Source: Macrostomum hystrix (taxonomy: Eukaryota; Animalia; Platyhelminthes). From it: a stretch of 64,000 nucleotides of DNA. The DNA is taken from the NCBI GenBank assembly GCA_950097015.1, contig CATNEN010000038.1, forward strand, positions 22,134,001 to 22,198,000, read 5' to 3'. Positions 25,491 through 44,359 of this stretch are shown piece after piece. How positions within the stretch are numbered: position 1 is the stretch's first letter; each line of letters opens with the position of its first letter. The position numbers and the translations under genes were made by a program. The notes below the pieces were generated by a model, which had not been told where the DNA came from, searched no databases, and saw only the letters and a list, made by a program, of their open reading frames with translations.

Positions 25491-26134
25491 GTCGCTCTCA
25501 ATCAGTCTCGTACCTTCCCATTCTCTTCCTCAAATATCTACCCAATATTTTGCCCATCACTGCTCCCCAGTTTACAGATTTTTTCGCGTCGGTTCCAGCA
25601 GAAGCAGATCTCACTGATCAGGCAACCATTGGTTTGTCATTCAGCACTTCCTGTTTCCTGTGGGTCATATTCTCTAACACTGCTTAACCCAACTGGTGCT
25701 AAAACTCAGTTCGAAAAATAATGTGACAGTGATTTGGGAATAGCGCCTATAATACACAATCGCAATGGACGCACCGAAAAAAGCAAGTTCGTGAGGACTC
25801 GCACCCAAGATTGAGGATGTTGAAAGCGATGGAGCAGGTTAATTAGCGGAAGCTTTTTCAGGGTAAGATTTGTGTTTGGCCTGTTGATAATGAGACTCTG
25901 ATTGTGTAGTGCTTTATTCTACTTTTGGTTTGCACATGCCTGGAACAGTAGAGAAACAGATGGGCATAGAGACTATAGACTTAATAGCTGGGGAGAAATG
26001 TGCGGAAGAAGGGTGGAGAAAATGGCGGGAAGAAAGTGAAACTGAGAGGAGAGTGAGAGAAGCACTGAGGTATTTAGGAGAAGGCAAATTTAGGAGTGGG
26101 AAGGGGAGTGAAATATGGTGACAGAATAGTGGAC

Positions 26135-26800
26135 GGGAAAGGGGAGAGGGAAGGAAAGAAGTGAGAGGGAAGGGGAGAAGAGGTGAGAGATGAAGGGGAA
26201 AAGAGATGAGAGAAAAGGGGAGAAGAGGTGAGAGGGAAAGAGAGAAGAGGTGAGAGGGAAGGGGAGAAGAGGTGAGAGGGAAGGAGAGAAGAGGTGAGAG
26301 GGAAGGGGAGAAGAGGTGAGAGGGAAGGGGAGAAGAGGTGAGAGGGAAGGGGAGAAGAGGTGAGAGGGAAGGGGAGAAGAGGTGAGAGAAAAGGGGAGAA
26401 GAGGTGAGAGGGAAGGGGAGAAGAGGTGAGAGGGAAGGGGAGAAGAGGTGAGAGGGAAGGGGAGAAGAGGTGAGAGATAAAGGGGAGAAGAAAGGGAAGA
26501 GGAAAAAATGTGAGAGGGAAGGGCAGAAGAGTTGGGAGGGAAGGGGAGAAGAGGTGAGAGGGAAGGGGAGAAGAGGTGAGAGGGAAGGGGAGAAGAGGTG
26601 AGAGGGAAGGGGAGAAGAGGTGAGAGGGAAAGGGAGAAGAGGTGAGTGGGAAGGGGAGAAGAGGTGAGAGGGAAGGGGAGAAGAGGTGAGTGGGAAGGGG
26701 AGAAGAGGTGAGTGGGAAGGGGAGAAGAGGTGAGAGGGAAGGGGAGAAGAGGTGAGTGGGAAGGGGAGAAGAGGTGAGAGATAAAGCGGAGAAGAGGAAT
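26135..26800 (+). repeat. 22-bp purine-rich minisatellite (GAGGGAAGGGGAGAAGAGGTGA)
   Basis: About 28 tandem units. Confidence 0.95.
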
Positions 26801-27611
26801 GAGGGGAGTAGAGGAGAGGGCACAAGTGGGGAGAAAAAGAGAAAATGAAAATCCCTTTGAAGTTCTTGTAAAATACCACAAGAGGCAACAAAAAATGTTT
26901 GCCTAAATAAAATAGTAAAAATGTAAACAATAATCTAATAGCATTACTTGACAACGTATTTTATAAAGTGCAGAGAGGCTAGTGAAAAATCATCAGGCTG
27001 TCGAATGTGTCAATATATTCTGCAGTCGACAGTTGCAACTATAAAGATATCCGTTTCATAATTCAACAGATATTCAATTTCAGTAATTAAAATGCAGCAA
27101 TTTCTAAACGAAGGCATATGCCACGCAGTTATGGCTTCGTCAAAGATTGAGAAGCTTGTTGGGTCTGTCCACAAACTCGGCCATCGTGAGCTGGTGTGAG
27201 CAAGTTTGGAGTCAAATTAGTAATAATTAATTATACTATATTCATATTCACAAGATATTTTATCTCAGTCGCGTCGCTTCTCTCGTACAGAATAAAATAA
27301 TAGTATAAGGTCTTTTTCAGCTAGTCCTTATTGCATATTTCAGTGGATTCGTTTACAGTTGACTTGTTTAATAATTAACAGATACGAGTGTATATAATGG
27401 AACTGACCACTGATGGAACATTGTATTGGCCTTGTGTAAAGCCTGTTTAATTATCTGGAGAGCCTGTGTTGTTTGCTAGTGTCGATTCAGTGGCAGCACT
27501 TTAATTATCGTAAAAATTGATTCTAGTTGTTTCTGAAAGTTCGTTAATTATAGTCCGTTAATATTAGCGGTTTTATGAGTCCGTTAATAGTTTTTAGAAA
27601 TTCGTTAACTA

Positions 27612-27785
27612 AATTATCCCAGCTAATGCTGGTGCCCATTTAACAGCTGGGTGAACTGAAGCAATGCAGAGTAAATTGTCTGGCTAAATTTTAAAGGACA
27701 CAAACTGGTCTATCGGAGTCGGGAATCGAACCCCCGACCTACAAGTCGTGAGTACGACGCTATAACCACTAGGCTAAAAACTTCC
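27612..27785 (-). mobile_element. tRNA-derived SINE copy (head and central part)
   Basis: Closely matches 18948-19112 (aattatcccagct..tgctggt.cccatttaacagctgggtgaactgaagcaatgcagagt...ggaatcgaacccccgacct). Confidence 0.85.
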
Positions 27786-28728
27786 AATTTCGAAACTTCG
27801 TTAATTACTAAACACAAAATAATAAAAGTAAGATTATTACTTTGAGACTTAGTAGAATACTTCGTACATAAATTGTGACAATGAGGTAATTATGACTATC
27901 CGCTAATTATTAGAGTCTGTAAATTATTAGGATCCGAAATTGATTCAAGAACATTAGAAAAAAGTTTATTATTATAACAAATTTTCATATTTGAGTCCGA
28001 TAATAGTTAGTATACGGCAATGTAAAACAAACCGGTGATTTTTTAAGTCAACTAATGATAGATTCCTTGCCTACTGAATTACTGTTAATTGCAACACTAA
28101 TTATTCATTTAATTTATAGAAAACATCCTGCTGGTTTTTAGATCTAAAATCCTCTAGTTTTGTCATTTTAATGAGTTTACTATTCAGTTAACAGAAGTTG
28201 CGTCAGTTAAACTCAATTCAATACTACTTAAAGTAGACGAGGTTAGCAAATTTCGCTAAATAAAGTTGGATCAGTAAAAAACGGAGTTTTGGTGAGAAAT
28301 TTTCCGCGTAATTTATGGGGTGAGACAAATCCACCTCTTATTCCACTAAGTCTCAAATGTCGTATGACTCAACTAATAATCATGTGTATATGACATGACA
28401 TCAAAAGCACATTAATATTACGAGCATAACAAGTGCGAAAAGCAAGTTATAGACAACGAGCTTGTTTAATCAAAAGCGCTACAAAAAAACATCGAAGAAG
28501 AGGAAAAACTAACATCAAAAGTCTACAAAGAGAAGCAAAAACAAAAAAACAGAGCTTTTCAAAGGAACGGGTGCATTTTTTCAGAGGAACATGTGGACTT
28601 TTCATGGAGGAACAGATTGAGTTTTCAGAAGAGAAGGTAAGCTTTCAGCACAGGTGAATTTTGGTCATTTGAAGTATACAGGTGAAGCTCTTACCCCATA
28701 GACAAAGCTGTACAATTCAGTTAAAAAC

Positions 28729-34624
<5,896 letters not shown>

Positions 34625-35119
34625 GTCGATAATTTATTGGCATTGACTTTACAATTGTGCAAGAAATATAACTGAGTGTTGTAATAATTACAGATATCGA
34701 TACTTGTTTTTACAGCGCAGAAATAATGAGCAATTGTGTGTATAAGTCTCTTATCAAACTTATTCGAATCGGCAGAGGGACGAGATTATTTTCCAGGAAT
34801 GAATGAAGCATTATACAAAAAGATGTTTCTAACAGTTGCTCGCAAAAGCGCCACCTAGGAGACAAACGTGACCACCCACCCCAAAATAAGTCTTTTTAGA
34901 TTGGTTGGATGTGTTAAAAAGACGGTTTGGTTTAAAGGCTTAGTTGACTATTATATTGCAGCCATGAGTGCCAAACACACATCTCTCAGTGACAGTGTTA
35001 GATAGAAAATAGCTGCAGAATTATGAGTATAATCCGATGTTTATGAAATTGTGCTCAGCATATTGCTCAGACAATATACATCCAGACAGGATTGAAGCAA
35101 TCAATTTACAATAGAGCAA

Positions 35120-35845
35120 AAAGAGCGGAGAGATAAGGGGGTAGAGCGGAGAGATAAGGGGGTAGAGCGGAGAGATAAGGGGGTAGAGCGGAGAGATAAG
35201 GGGGTAGAGCGGAGAGATAAGGGGGTAGAGCGGAGAGATAAGGGGTAGAACGGAGAGATAAGGGGTAGAGCGGAGAGATAAGGGGTAGAACGGAGAGATA
35301 AGAGGGTAGAGCGGAGAGATAAAAAGGCAGAGCGAAGGGACAGGGGTATAGAATGGAGGGATATGGGGTAGAGTGGAGAGATAAGGAGTAGAGCGGGGGG
35401 ATAAAGGGAAGAGCGGAAAGATAAGGGGTAGTGCGGGGATATAAAGGGAAGAGCGGAGAGATAAGGGGTAGAACGGAGAGATAAGAGGGTAGAGCGGAGA
35501 GATAAAAAGGCAGAGCGAAGGGACAGGGGTATAGAATGGAGGGATATGGGGTAGAGTGGAGAGATAAGGAGTAGAGCGGGGGGATAAAGGGAAGAGCGGA
35601 AAGATAAGGGGTAGTGCGGGGATATAAAGGGAAGAGCGGAGAGATAAGGAGTAGAGCGGAGGGATAAAGGGAAGAGAGAGAGATAAGGAGTAGAGCGGAG
35701 GGATAAAGGGAAGAGGGAGAGATAAGGAGTAGAGCGGAGGGATAAAGGGAAGAGGGAGAGATAAGGAGTAGAGCGGAGGGATAAAGGGAAGAGGGAGAGA
35801 TAATGAGTAGAGCGGAGGGATAGAGGGAAGAGGGAGAGATAAGGG
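35120..35845 (+). repeat. 20-21-bp purine-rich minisatellite (AGAGCGGAGAGATAAGGGGGT and variants)
   Basis: Tandem units with an internal duplication of about 180 bp. Confidence 0.93.
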
Positions 35846-36567
35846 CGTAGTGATGAGGTTAAAGTCGGCAGAAAAACAGAAAAACGCAGGAAAGAATAAA
35901 AGAACACAATTATTTTAACTACAAACTCAATAAAAATGTAAGCTTGCATCGGCAACAAATCGCGCTGTATACTGTACAGTACACAGACAATTACCTTTGC
36001 TAGTTTGCAGTTTTCGTTGCCTAGATACCAATGCGGGACTAGAAAATGTAGCGAAGGAAGCACTGGTTTTTAATAAATTACGAAAATCGTAGGACTGAAA
36101 TTCTGGCTGCTGCTGCTGCTGCATTTCTCCTTTCAGTTAAATGGCAATAATTCTCGATGGACACAAAATACAAATCTAAACGTTTGAGAGCGTTTTATTT
36201 CTCATGTCATCGTTTCTTTTAGCTGCAACCGTTAATTTTTCCGTCTTTGAATTCCTGTCCCCATTGGTTGCTAGTCAAATTACATTTACTGGGCCGGCCA
36301 GTCAGTCTTTCGGGTGGACAGAGGGCTTTCTGTTTGATCCAGACTCACGGCACCACTGCATCCCTGCATAATAGACTTCTTCTTTTGTTTCTTCAACAAA
36401 TCCGCCTCGCTAAAAGCAGGTGAGATAATCCCTGTTTTGTTGAGCCGCTGTCGCTTTGTGACCTACTTAAGTACAGACTGACTAACAACAGATTAATACA
36501 TTCGGTTTATTTTTATGTACAATTTCGTATAGGAGAACATTCGACATTTTAAAGCTGATTTGCAGAT

Positions 36568-39500
36568 ACTAATGATGCTGACAGCTGTCAGCTAATGATG
36601 CTGATATGTAGCTAATGATGCTGATATGTAGCTAATGATGCTGATATGTAGCTAATGATGCTGACAGCTGTCAGCTAATGATGCTGATATGTAGCTAATG
36701 ATGCTGACAGCTGTCAGCTAATGATGCTGATATGTAGCTAATGATGCTGATATGTAGCTAATGATGCTGATATGTAGCTAATGATGCTGACAGCTGTCAG
36801 CTAATGATGCTGATTTGCAGCTAATGATGCTGATTTGTAGCTAATGATGCTGATTTGCAGCTAATGATGCTGATTTGTAGCTAATGATGCTGATTTGTAG
36901 CTAATGATGCTGATTTGTAGCTAATGATGCTGATTTGCAGCTAATGATGCTGATTTGTAGCTAATGATGCTAATTTGCAGCTAATGATGCTGATTTGTAG
37001 CTAATGATGCTGATTTGCAGCTAATGATGCTGATTTGTAGCTAATGATGCTGATTTGCAGCTAATGATGCTGATATGTAGCTAATGATGCTGATTTGTAG
37101 CTAATGATGCTGATTTGCAGCTAATGATGCTGATATGTAGCTAATGATGCTGACAGCTGTCAGCTAATGATGCTGATATGTAGCTAATGATGCTGACAGC
37201 TGTCAGCTAATGATGCTGATATGTAGCTAATGATGCTGACAGCTGTCAGCTAATGATGCTGATATGTAGCTAATGATGCTGATATGTAGCTAATGATGCT
37301 GATATGTAGCTAATGATGCTGACAGCTGTCAGCTAATGATGCTGATATGTAGCTAATGATGCTGACAGCTGTCAGCTAATGATGCTGATATGTAGCTAAT
37401 GATGCTGATATGTAGCTAATGATGCTGATATGTAGCTAATGATGCTGACAGCTGTCAGCTAATGATGCTGATTTGCAGCTAATGATGCTGATTTGTAGCT
37501 AATGATGCTGATTTGCAGCTAATGATGCTGATTTGTAGCTAATGATGCTGATTTGTAGCTAATGATGCTGATTTGTAGCTAATGATGCTGATTTGCAGCT
37601 AATGATGCTGATTTGTAGCTAATGATGCTAATTTGCAGCTAATGATGCTGATTTGTAGCTAATGATGCTGATTTGCAGCTAATGATGCTGATTTGTAGCT
37701 AATGATGCTGATTTGCAGCTAATGATGCTGATATGTAGCTAATGATGCTGATTTGTAGCTAATGATGCTGATTTGCAGCTAATGATGCTGATATGTAGCT
37801 AATGATGCTGACAGCTGTCAGCTAATGATGCTGATATGTAGCTAATGATGCTGACAGCTGTCAGCTAATGATGCTGATATGTAGCTAATGATGCTGATAT
37901 GTAGCTAATGATGCTGATATGTAGCTAATGATGCTGACAGCTGTCAGCTAATGATGCTGATATGTAGCTAATGATACTGACAGCTGTCAGCTAATGATGC
38001 TGATATGTAGCTAATGATACTGACAGCTGTCAGCTAATGATGCTGATATGTAGCTAATGATGCTGACAGCTGTCAGCTAATGATGCTGATTTGCAGCTAA
38101 TGATGCTGATTTGTAGCTAATGATGCTGATTTGTAGCTAATGATGCTGATTTGTAGCTAATGATGCTGATTTGTAGCTAATGATGCTGATTTGCAGCTAA
38201 TGATGCTGATTTGTAGCTAATGATGCTAATTTGCAGCTAATGATGCTGATTTGTAGCTAATGATGCTGATTTGCAGCTAATGATGCTGATTTGCAGCTAA
38301 TGATGCTGATTTGTAGCTAATGATGCTGATTTGTAGCTAATGATACTGATTTGTAGCTAATGATGCTGATTTGCAGCTAATGATGCTGATTTGTAGCTAA
38401 TGATGCTGATATGTAGCTAATGATGCTGACAGCTGTCAGCTAATGATGCTGATATGTAGCTAATGATGCTGACAGCTGTCAGCTAATGATGCTGATATGT
38501 AGCTAATGATGCTGACAGCTGTCAGCTAATGATGCTGATATGTAGCTAATGATGCTGACAGCTGTCAGCTAATGATGCTGATATGTAGCTAATGATGCTG
38601 ATATGTAGCTAATGATGCTGATATGTAGCTAATGATGCTGACAGCTGTCAGCTAATGATGCTGATATGTAGCTAATGATGCTGATATGTAGCTAATGATG
38701 CTGACAGCTGTCAGCTAATGATGCTGATATGTAGCTAATGATGCTGACAGCTGTCAGCTAATGATGCTGATATGTAGCTAATGATGCTGACAGCTGTCAG
38801 CTAATGATGCTGATATGTAGCTAATGATGCTGATATGTAGCTAATGATGCTGACAGCTGTCAGCTAATGATGCTGATATGTAGCTAATGATACTGACAGC
38901 TGTCAGCTAATGATGCTGATATGTAGCTAATGATACTGACAGCTGTCAGCTAATGATGCTGATATGTAGCTAATGATGCTGACAGCTGTCAGCTAATGAT
39001 GCTGATATGTAGCTAATGCTGCTGATTTGCAGCTAATGATGCTGATTTGTAGCTAATGATGCTGATTTGTAGCTAATGATGCTGATATGTAGCTAATGAT
39101 GCTGATTTGTAGCTAATGATGCTGATATGTAGCTAATGATGCTGATATGTAGCTAATGATGCTGATATGTAGCTAATGATGCTGATATGTAGCTAATGAT
39201 GCTGATTTGTAGCTAATGATGCTGATTTGCAGCTAATGATGCTGATTTGTAGCTAATGATGCTGATTTGTAGCTAATGATGCTGATTTGTAGCTAATGAT
39301 GCTGATATGTAGCCAATGATGCTGATTTGCAGCTAATGATGCTGATATGTAGCTAATGATGCTGACAGCTGTCAGCTAATGATGCTGATATGTAGCTAAT
39401 GATGCTGACAGCTGTCAGCTAATGATGCTGATATGTAGCTAATGATGCTGACAGCTGTCAGCTAATGATGCTGATATGTAGCTAATGATGCTGACAGCTG

Positions 39501-42500
39501 TCAGCTAATGATGCTGATATGTAGCTAATGATGCTGACAGCTGTCAGCTAATGATGCTGATTTGCAGCTAATGATGCTGATTTGTAGCTAATGATGCTGA
39601 TTTGCAGCTAATGATGCTGATTTGTAGCTAATGATGCTGATTTGTAGCTAATGATGCTGATTTGTAGCTAATGATGCTGATTTGCAGCTAATGATGCTGA
39701 TTTGTAGCTAATGATGCTAATTTGCAGCTAATGATGCTGATTTGTAGCTAATGATGCTGATTTGCAGCTAATGATGCTGATTTGTAGCTAATGATGCTGA
39801 TTTGCAGCTAATGATGCTGATATGTAGCTAATGATGCTGACAGCTGTCAGCTAATGATGCTGATATGTAGCTAATGATGCTGATTTGCAGCTAATGATGC
39901 TGATTTGTAGCTAATGATGCTGATTTGCAGCTAATGATGCTGATATGTAGCTAATGATGCTGACAGCTGTCAGCTAATGATGCTGATTTGCAGCTAATGA
40001 TGCTGATTTGCAGCTAATGATGCTGATTTGCAGCTAATGATGCTGATTTGTAGCTAATGATGCTGATTTGTAGCTAATGATGCTGATTTGTAGCTAATGA
40101 TGCTGATTTGCAGCTAATGATGCTGATTTGTAGCTAATGATGCTAATTTGCAGCTAATGATGCTGATTTGTAGCTAATGATGCTGATTTGCAGCTAATGA
40201 TGCTGATTTGCAGCTAATGATGCTGATTTGCAGCTAATGATGCTGATTTGTAGCTAATGATGCTGATTTGCAGCTAATGATGCTGATTTGTAGCTAATGA
40301 TGCTGATTTGTAGCTAATGATGCTGATTTGTAGCTAATGATGCTGATTTGCAGCTAATGATGCTGATTTGTAGCTAATGATGCTAATTTGCAGCTAATGA
40401 TGCTGATTTGTAGCTAATGATGCTGATTTGCAGCTAATGATGCTGATTTGCAGCTAATGATGCTGATTTGTAGCTAATGATGCTGATTTGTAGCTAATGA
40501 TGCTGATTTGTAGCTAATGCTGCTGATTTGTAGCTAATGATGCTGATTTGTAGCTAATGATGCTGATTTGCAGCTAATGATGCTGATTTGTAGCTAATGA
40601 TGCTGATTTGCAGCTAATGATGCTGATTTGTAGCTAATGATGCTGATTTGCAGCTAATGATGCTGATATGTAGCTAATGATGCTGACAGCTGTCAGCTAA
40701 TGATGCTGATATGTAGCTAATGATGCTGATTTGCAGCTAATGATGCTGATTTGTAGCTAATGATGCTGATTTGTAGCTAATGATGCTGATTTGCAGCTAA
40801 TGATGCTGATTTGCAGCTAATGATGCTGATTTGTAGCTAATGATGCTGATTTGTAGCTAATGATGCTGATTTGTAGCTAATGATGCTGATTTGCAGCTAA
40901 TGATGCTGATTTGTAGCTAATGATGCTAATTTGCAGCTAATGATGCTGATTTGTAGCTAATGATGCTGATTTGCAGCTAATGATGCTGATTTGTAGCTAA
41001 TGATGCTGATTTGCAGCTAATGATGCTGATATGTAGCTAATGATGCTGACAGCTGTCAGCTAATGATGCTGATATGTAGCTAATGATGCTGATTTGCAGC
41101 TAATGATGCTGATTTGTAGCTAATGATGCTGATTTGCAGCTAATGATGCTGATATGTAGCTAATGATGCTGACAGCTGTCAGCTAATGATGCTGATATGT
41201 AGCTAATGATGCTGACAGCTGTCAGCTAATGATGCTGATTTGCAGCTAATGATGCTGATTTGTAGCTAATGATGCTGATTTGCAGCTAATGATGCTGATT
41301 TGTAGCTAATGATGCTGATTTGTAGCTAATGATGCTGATTTGTAGCTAATGATGCTGATTTGCAGCTAATGATGCTGATTTGTAGCTAATGATGCTAATT
41401 TGCAGCTAATGATGCTGATTTGTAGCTAATGATGCTGATTTGCAGCTAATGATGCTGATTTGCAGCTAATGATGCTGATTTGTAGCTAATGATGCTGATT
41501 TGTAGCTAATGATGCTGATTTGTAGCTAATGCTGCTGATTTGTAGCTAATGATGCTGATTTGTAGCTAATGATGCTGATTTGCAGCTAATGATGCTGATT
41601 TGTAGCTAATGATGCTGATTTGCAGCTAATGATGCTGATTTGTAGCTAATGATGCTGATTTGCAGCTAATGATGCTGATATGTAGCTAATGATGCTGACA
41701 GCTGTCAGCTAATGATGCTGATATGTAGCTAATGATGCTGATTTGCAGCTAATGATGCTGATTTGTAGCTAATGATGCTGATTTGCAGCTAATGATGCTG
41801 ATATGTAGCTAATGATGCTGACAGCTGTCAGCTAATGATGCTGATATGTAGCTAATGATGCTGACAGCTGTCAGCTAATGATGCTGATTTGCAGCTAATG
41901 ATGCTGATTTGTAGCTAATGATGCTGATTTGCAGCTAATGATGCTGATTTGTAGCTAATGATGCTGATTTGTAGCTAATGATGCTGATTTGTAGCTAATG
42001 ATGCTGATTTGCAGCTAATGATGCTGATTTGTAGCTAATGATGCTAATTTGCAGCTAATGATGCTGATTTGTAGCTAATGATGCTGATTTGCAGCTAATG
42101 ATGCTGATTTGCAGCTAATGATGCTGATTTGTAGCTAATGATGCTGATTTGTAGCTAATGATGCTGATTTGTAGCTAATGATGCTGATTTGCAGCTAATG
42201 ATGCTGATTTGTAGCTAATGATGCTGATTTGTAGCTAATGATGCTGATTTGTAGCTAATGATGCTGATTTGCAGCTAATGATGCTGATTTGTAGCTAATG
42301 ATGCTAATTTGCAGCTAATGATGCTGATTTGTAGCTAATGATGCTGATTTGCAGCTAATGATGCTGATTTGCAGCTAATGATGCTGATTTGTAGCTAATG
42401 ATGCTGATTTGTAGCTAATGATGCTGATTTGTAGCTAATGATGCTGATTTGCAGCTAATGATGCTGATTTGTAGCTAATGATGCTGATTTGTAGCTAATG

Positions 42501-43075
42501 ATGCTGATTTGTAGCTAATGATGCTGATTTGTAGCTAATGATGCTGATTTGCAGCTAATGATGCTGATTTGTAGCTAATGATGCTGATTTGCAGCTAATG
42601 ATGCTGATTTGCAGCTAATGATGCTGATTTGTAGCTAATGATGCTGATTTGTAGCTAATGATGCTGATTTGCAGCTAATGATGCTGATTTGTAGCTAATG
42701 ATGCTAATTTGCAGCTAATGATGCTGATTTGTAGCTAATGATGCTGATTTGCAGCTAATGATGCTGATTTGCAGCTAATGATGCTGATTTGTAGCTAATG
42801 ATGCTAATTTGCAGCTAATGATGCTGATTTGTAGCTAATGATGCTGATTTGCAGCTAATGATGCTGATTTGCAGCTAATGATGCTGATTTGTAGCTAATG
42901 ATGCTGATTTGTAGCTAATGATGCTGATTTGTAGCTAATGATGCTGATTTGCAGCTAATGATGCTGATTTGTAGCTAATGATGCTGATTTGTAGCTAATG
43001 ATGCTGATTTGTAGCTAATGATGCTGATTTGTAGCTAATGATGCTGATTTGTAGCTAATGATGCTGATTTGTATG
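36568..43075 (+). repeat. 6.5-kb 20/22-bp satellite (GCTAATGATGCTGATTTGTA; variant GCTAATGATGCTGACAGCTGTCA)
   Basis: More than 300 tandem units between TMX3 and Pitx. Confidence 0.98.
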
Positions 43076-43649
43076 ATTGCTGAATTGATGCTGATGCCAG
43101 CAGTTGCTAATGATGGTGTTGAGAAAAGCCCAGGATACAATATTAATAAAAAACTGAGAAAATGTAATTCTATACGCGAGGAATACTACTAGTTTGTGTT
43201 TTTAGTAATATATTGCGTATAAATCCAGAAGTTTTTTCTTGACGACCAGAAATATTCATACAACTTCTTTACTAAGAAAAAACCAAGCCAATAAATCAGT
43301 TAAACAAAGCAGATTTTTTCGAAGTGCAACATCTATTGCTTTGAGAGCCGGTAGCAGCGAATTAAATGTTTATTTATTGATAAAATTGTTCAAATTTTAT
43401 GCTTTGCAATTGCGATCGAAAGTGAATGTGTTTGAAACAACAGATTTGCAAAACATTTACTAGAATGTGTGAGCAATGACACACTGACAATGAAACAATC
43501 CACTCGGTTAAATCGGTACTCAGGTTTACCTGACAAAAGTGATTTTCATATTGGCTGGATGAAAATGAGCATAACATGTTTAGGAACCTCCCTGAAATGT
43601 CGATATCCAGACATGGCTTAGGCTGATTGACAGGTTAAGAATGCGACAT

Positions 43650-44150
43650 ATAGACAGAATCTGACCGACAGAACCTGACAGACTGATGGACAGAATCTGA
43701 CATAGAGATAAACAGAATCTGACACAAAAGACAGAAACAATCTGACAGACTTACAGAATCTTTCTGACTGATAGACAGAATCTGACAGACAGACAGACAG
43801 AATCTGACAGACAGACAGACAGAATCTGACAGACAGACAGACAGAATCTGACAGACAGACAGACAGAATCTGACAGACAGACATGCAGAATCTGACAGAC
43901 AGACAGACAGACAGACACAATCTGACAGACTAACAGAATCTGACAGACAGACAGACAGAATCTAACAGTGAGACAGACAGAATCTGACAGACTAACAGAA
44001 TCTTTCTGACTGATAGACAGAATCTGACAGACTGACAGACAGAATCTGACAGACAGACAGACAGAATCTGACAGACTGACAGACAGAATCTGACAGACTG
44101 ACAGCACCTGACAGAATCTGACAGAAAGGGAAAAAGACAGACACATGACA
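43650..44150 (+). repeat. (GACA)n-based repeat with GAATCT interruptions downstream of the TMX3 stop
   Basis: Visible repeat. Confidence 0.9.
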
Positions 44151-44359
44151 GGGTTAGACAACACCGGTGCAAGCTAAGAAACAGCACAGAACACCATGTG
44201 CGATTGCTAAGAGTCGCACAAAAAGCAATGCATATACTAACTTACTACTCAATAGCAGTAGTAGCTGCTAGACACACATACAACATTTAGTTTAATACAC
44301 TGTACTTTCTATCAATCTTCTGAGGAGTTAGGAGCTTCAGCTTGAGTAAAAGGAAGTTC

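Noticed and set aside
23425-25721. 730-764 aa (THSL)n ORFs
   Set aside because: Product of the (CACT)n microsatellite.
25914-26954. 346-aa Pro/Ser/Leu-rich ORF and the similar ORF at 35101-36063
   Set aside because: Derived from purine-rich minisatellites.
35927-36124. MQQQQQPEF ORF as Pitx first exon
   Set aside because: Only weak phase-1 donors; the 34618-34624 mini-exon has a much stronger GTAAGC donor. It cannot be fully excluded.
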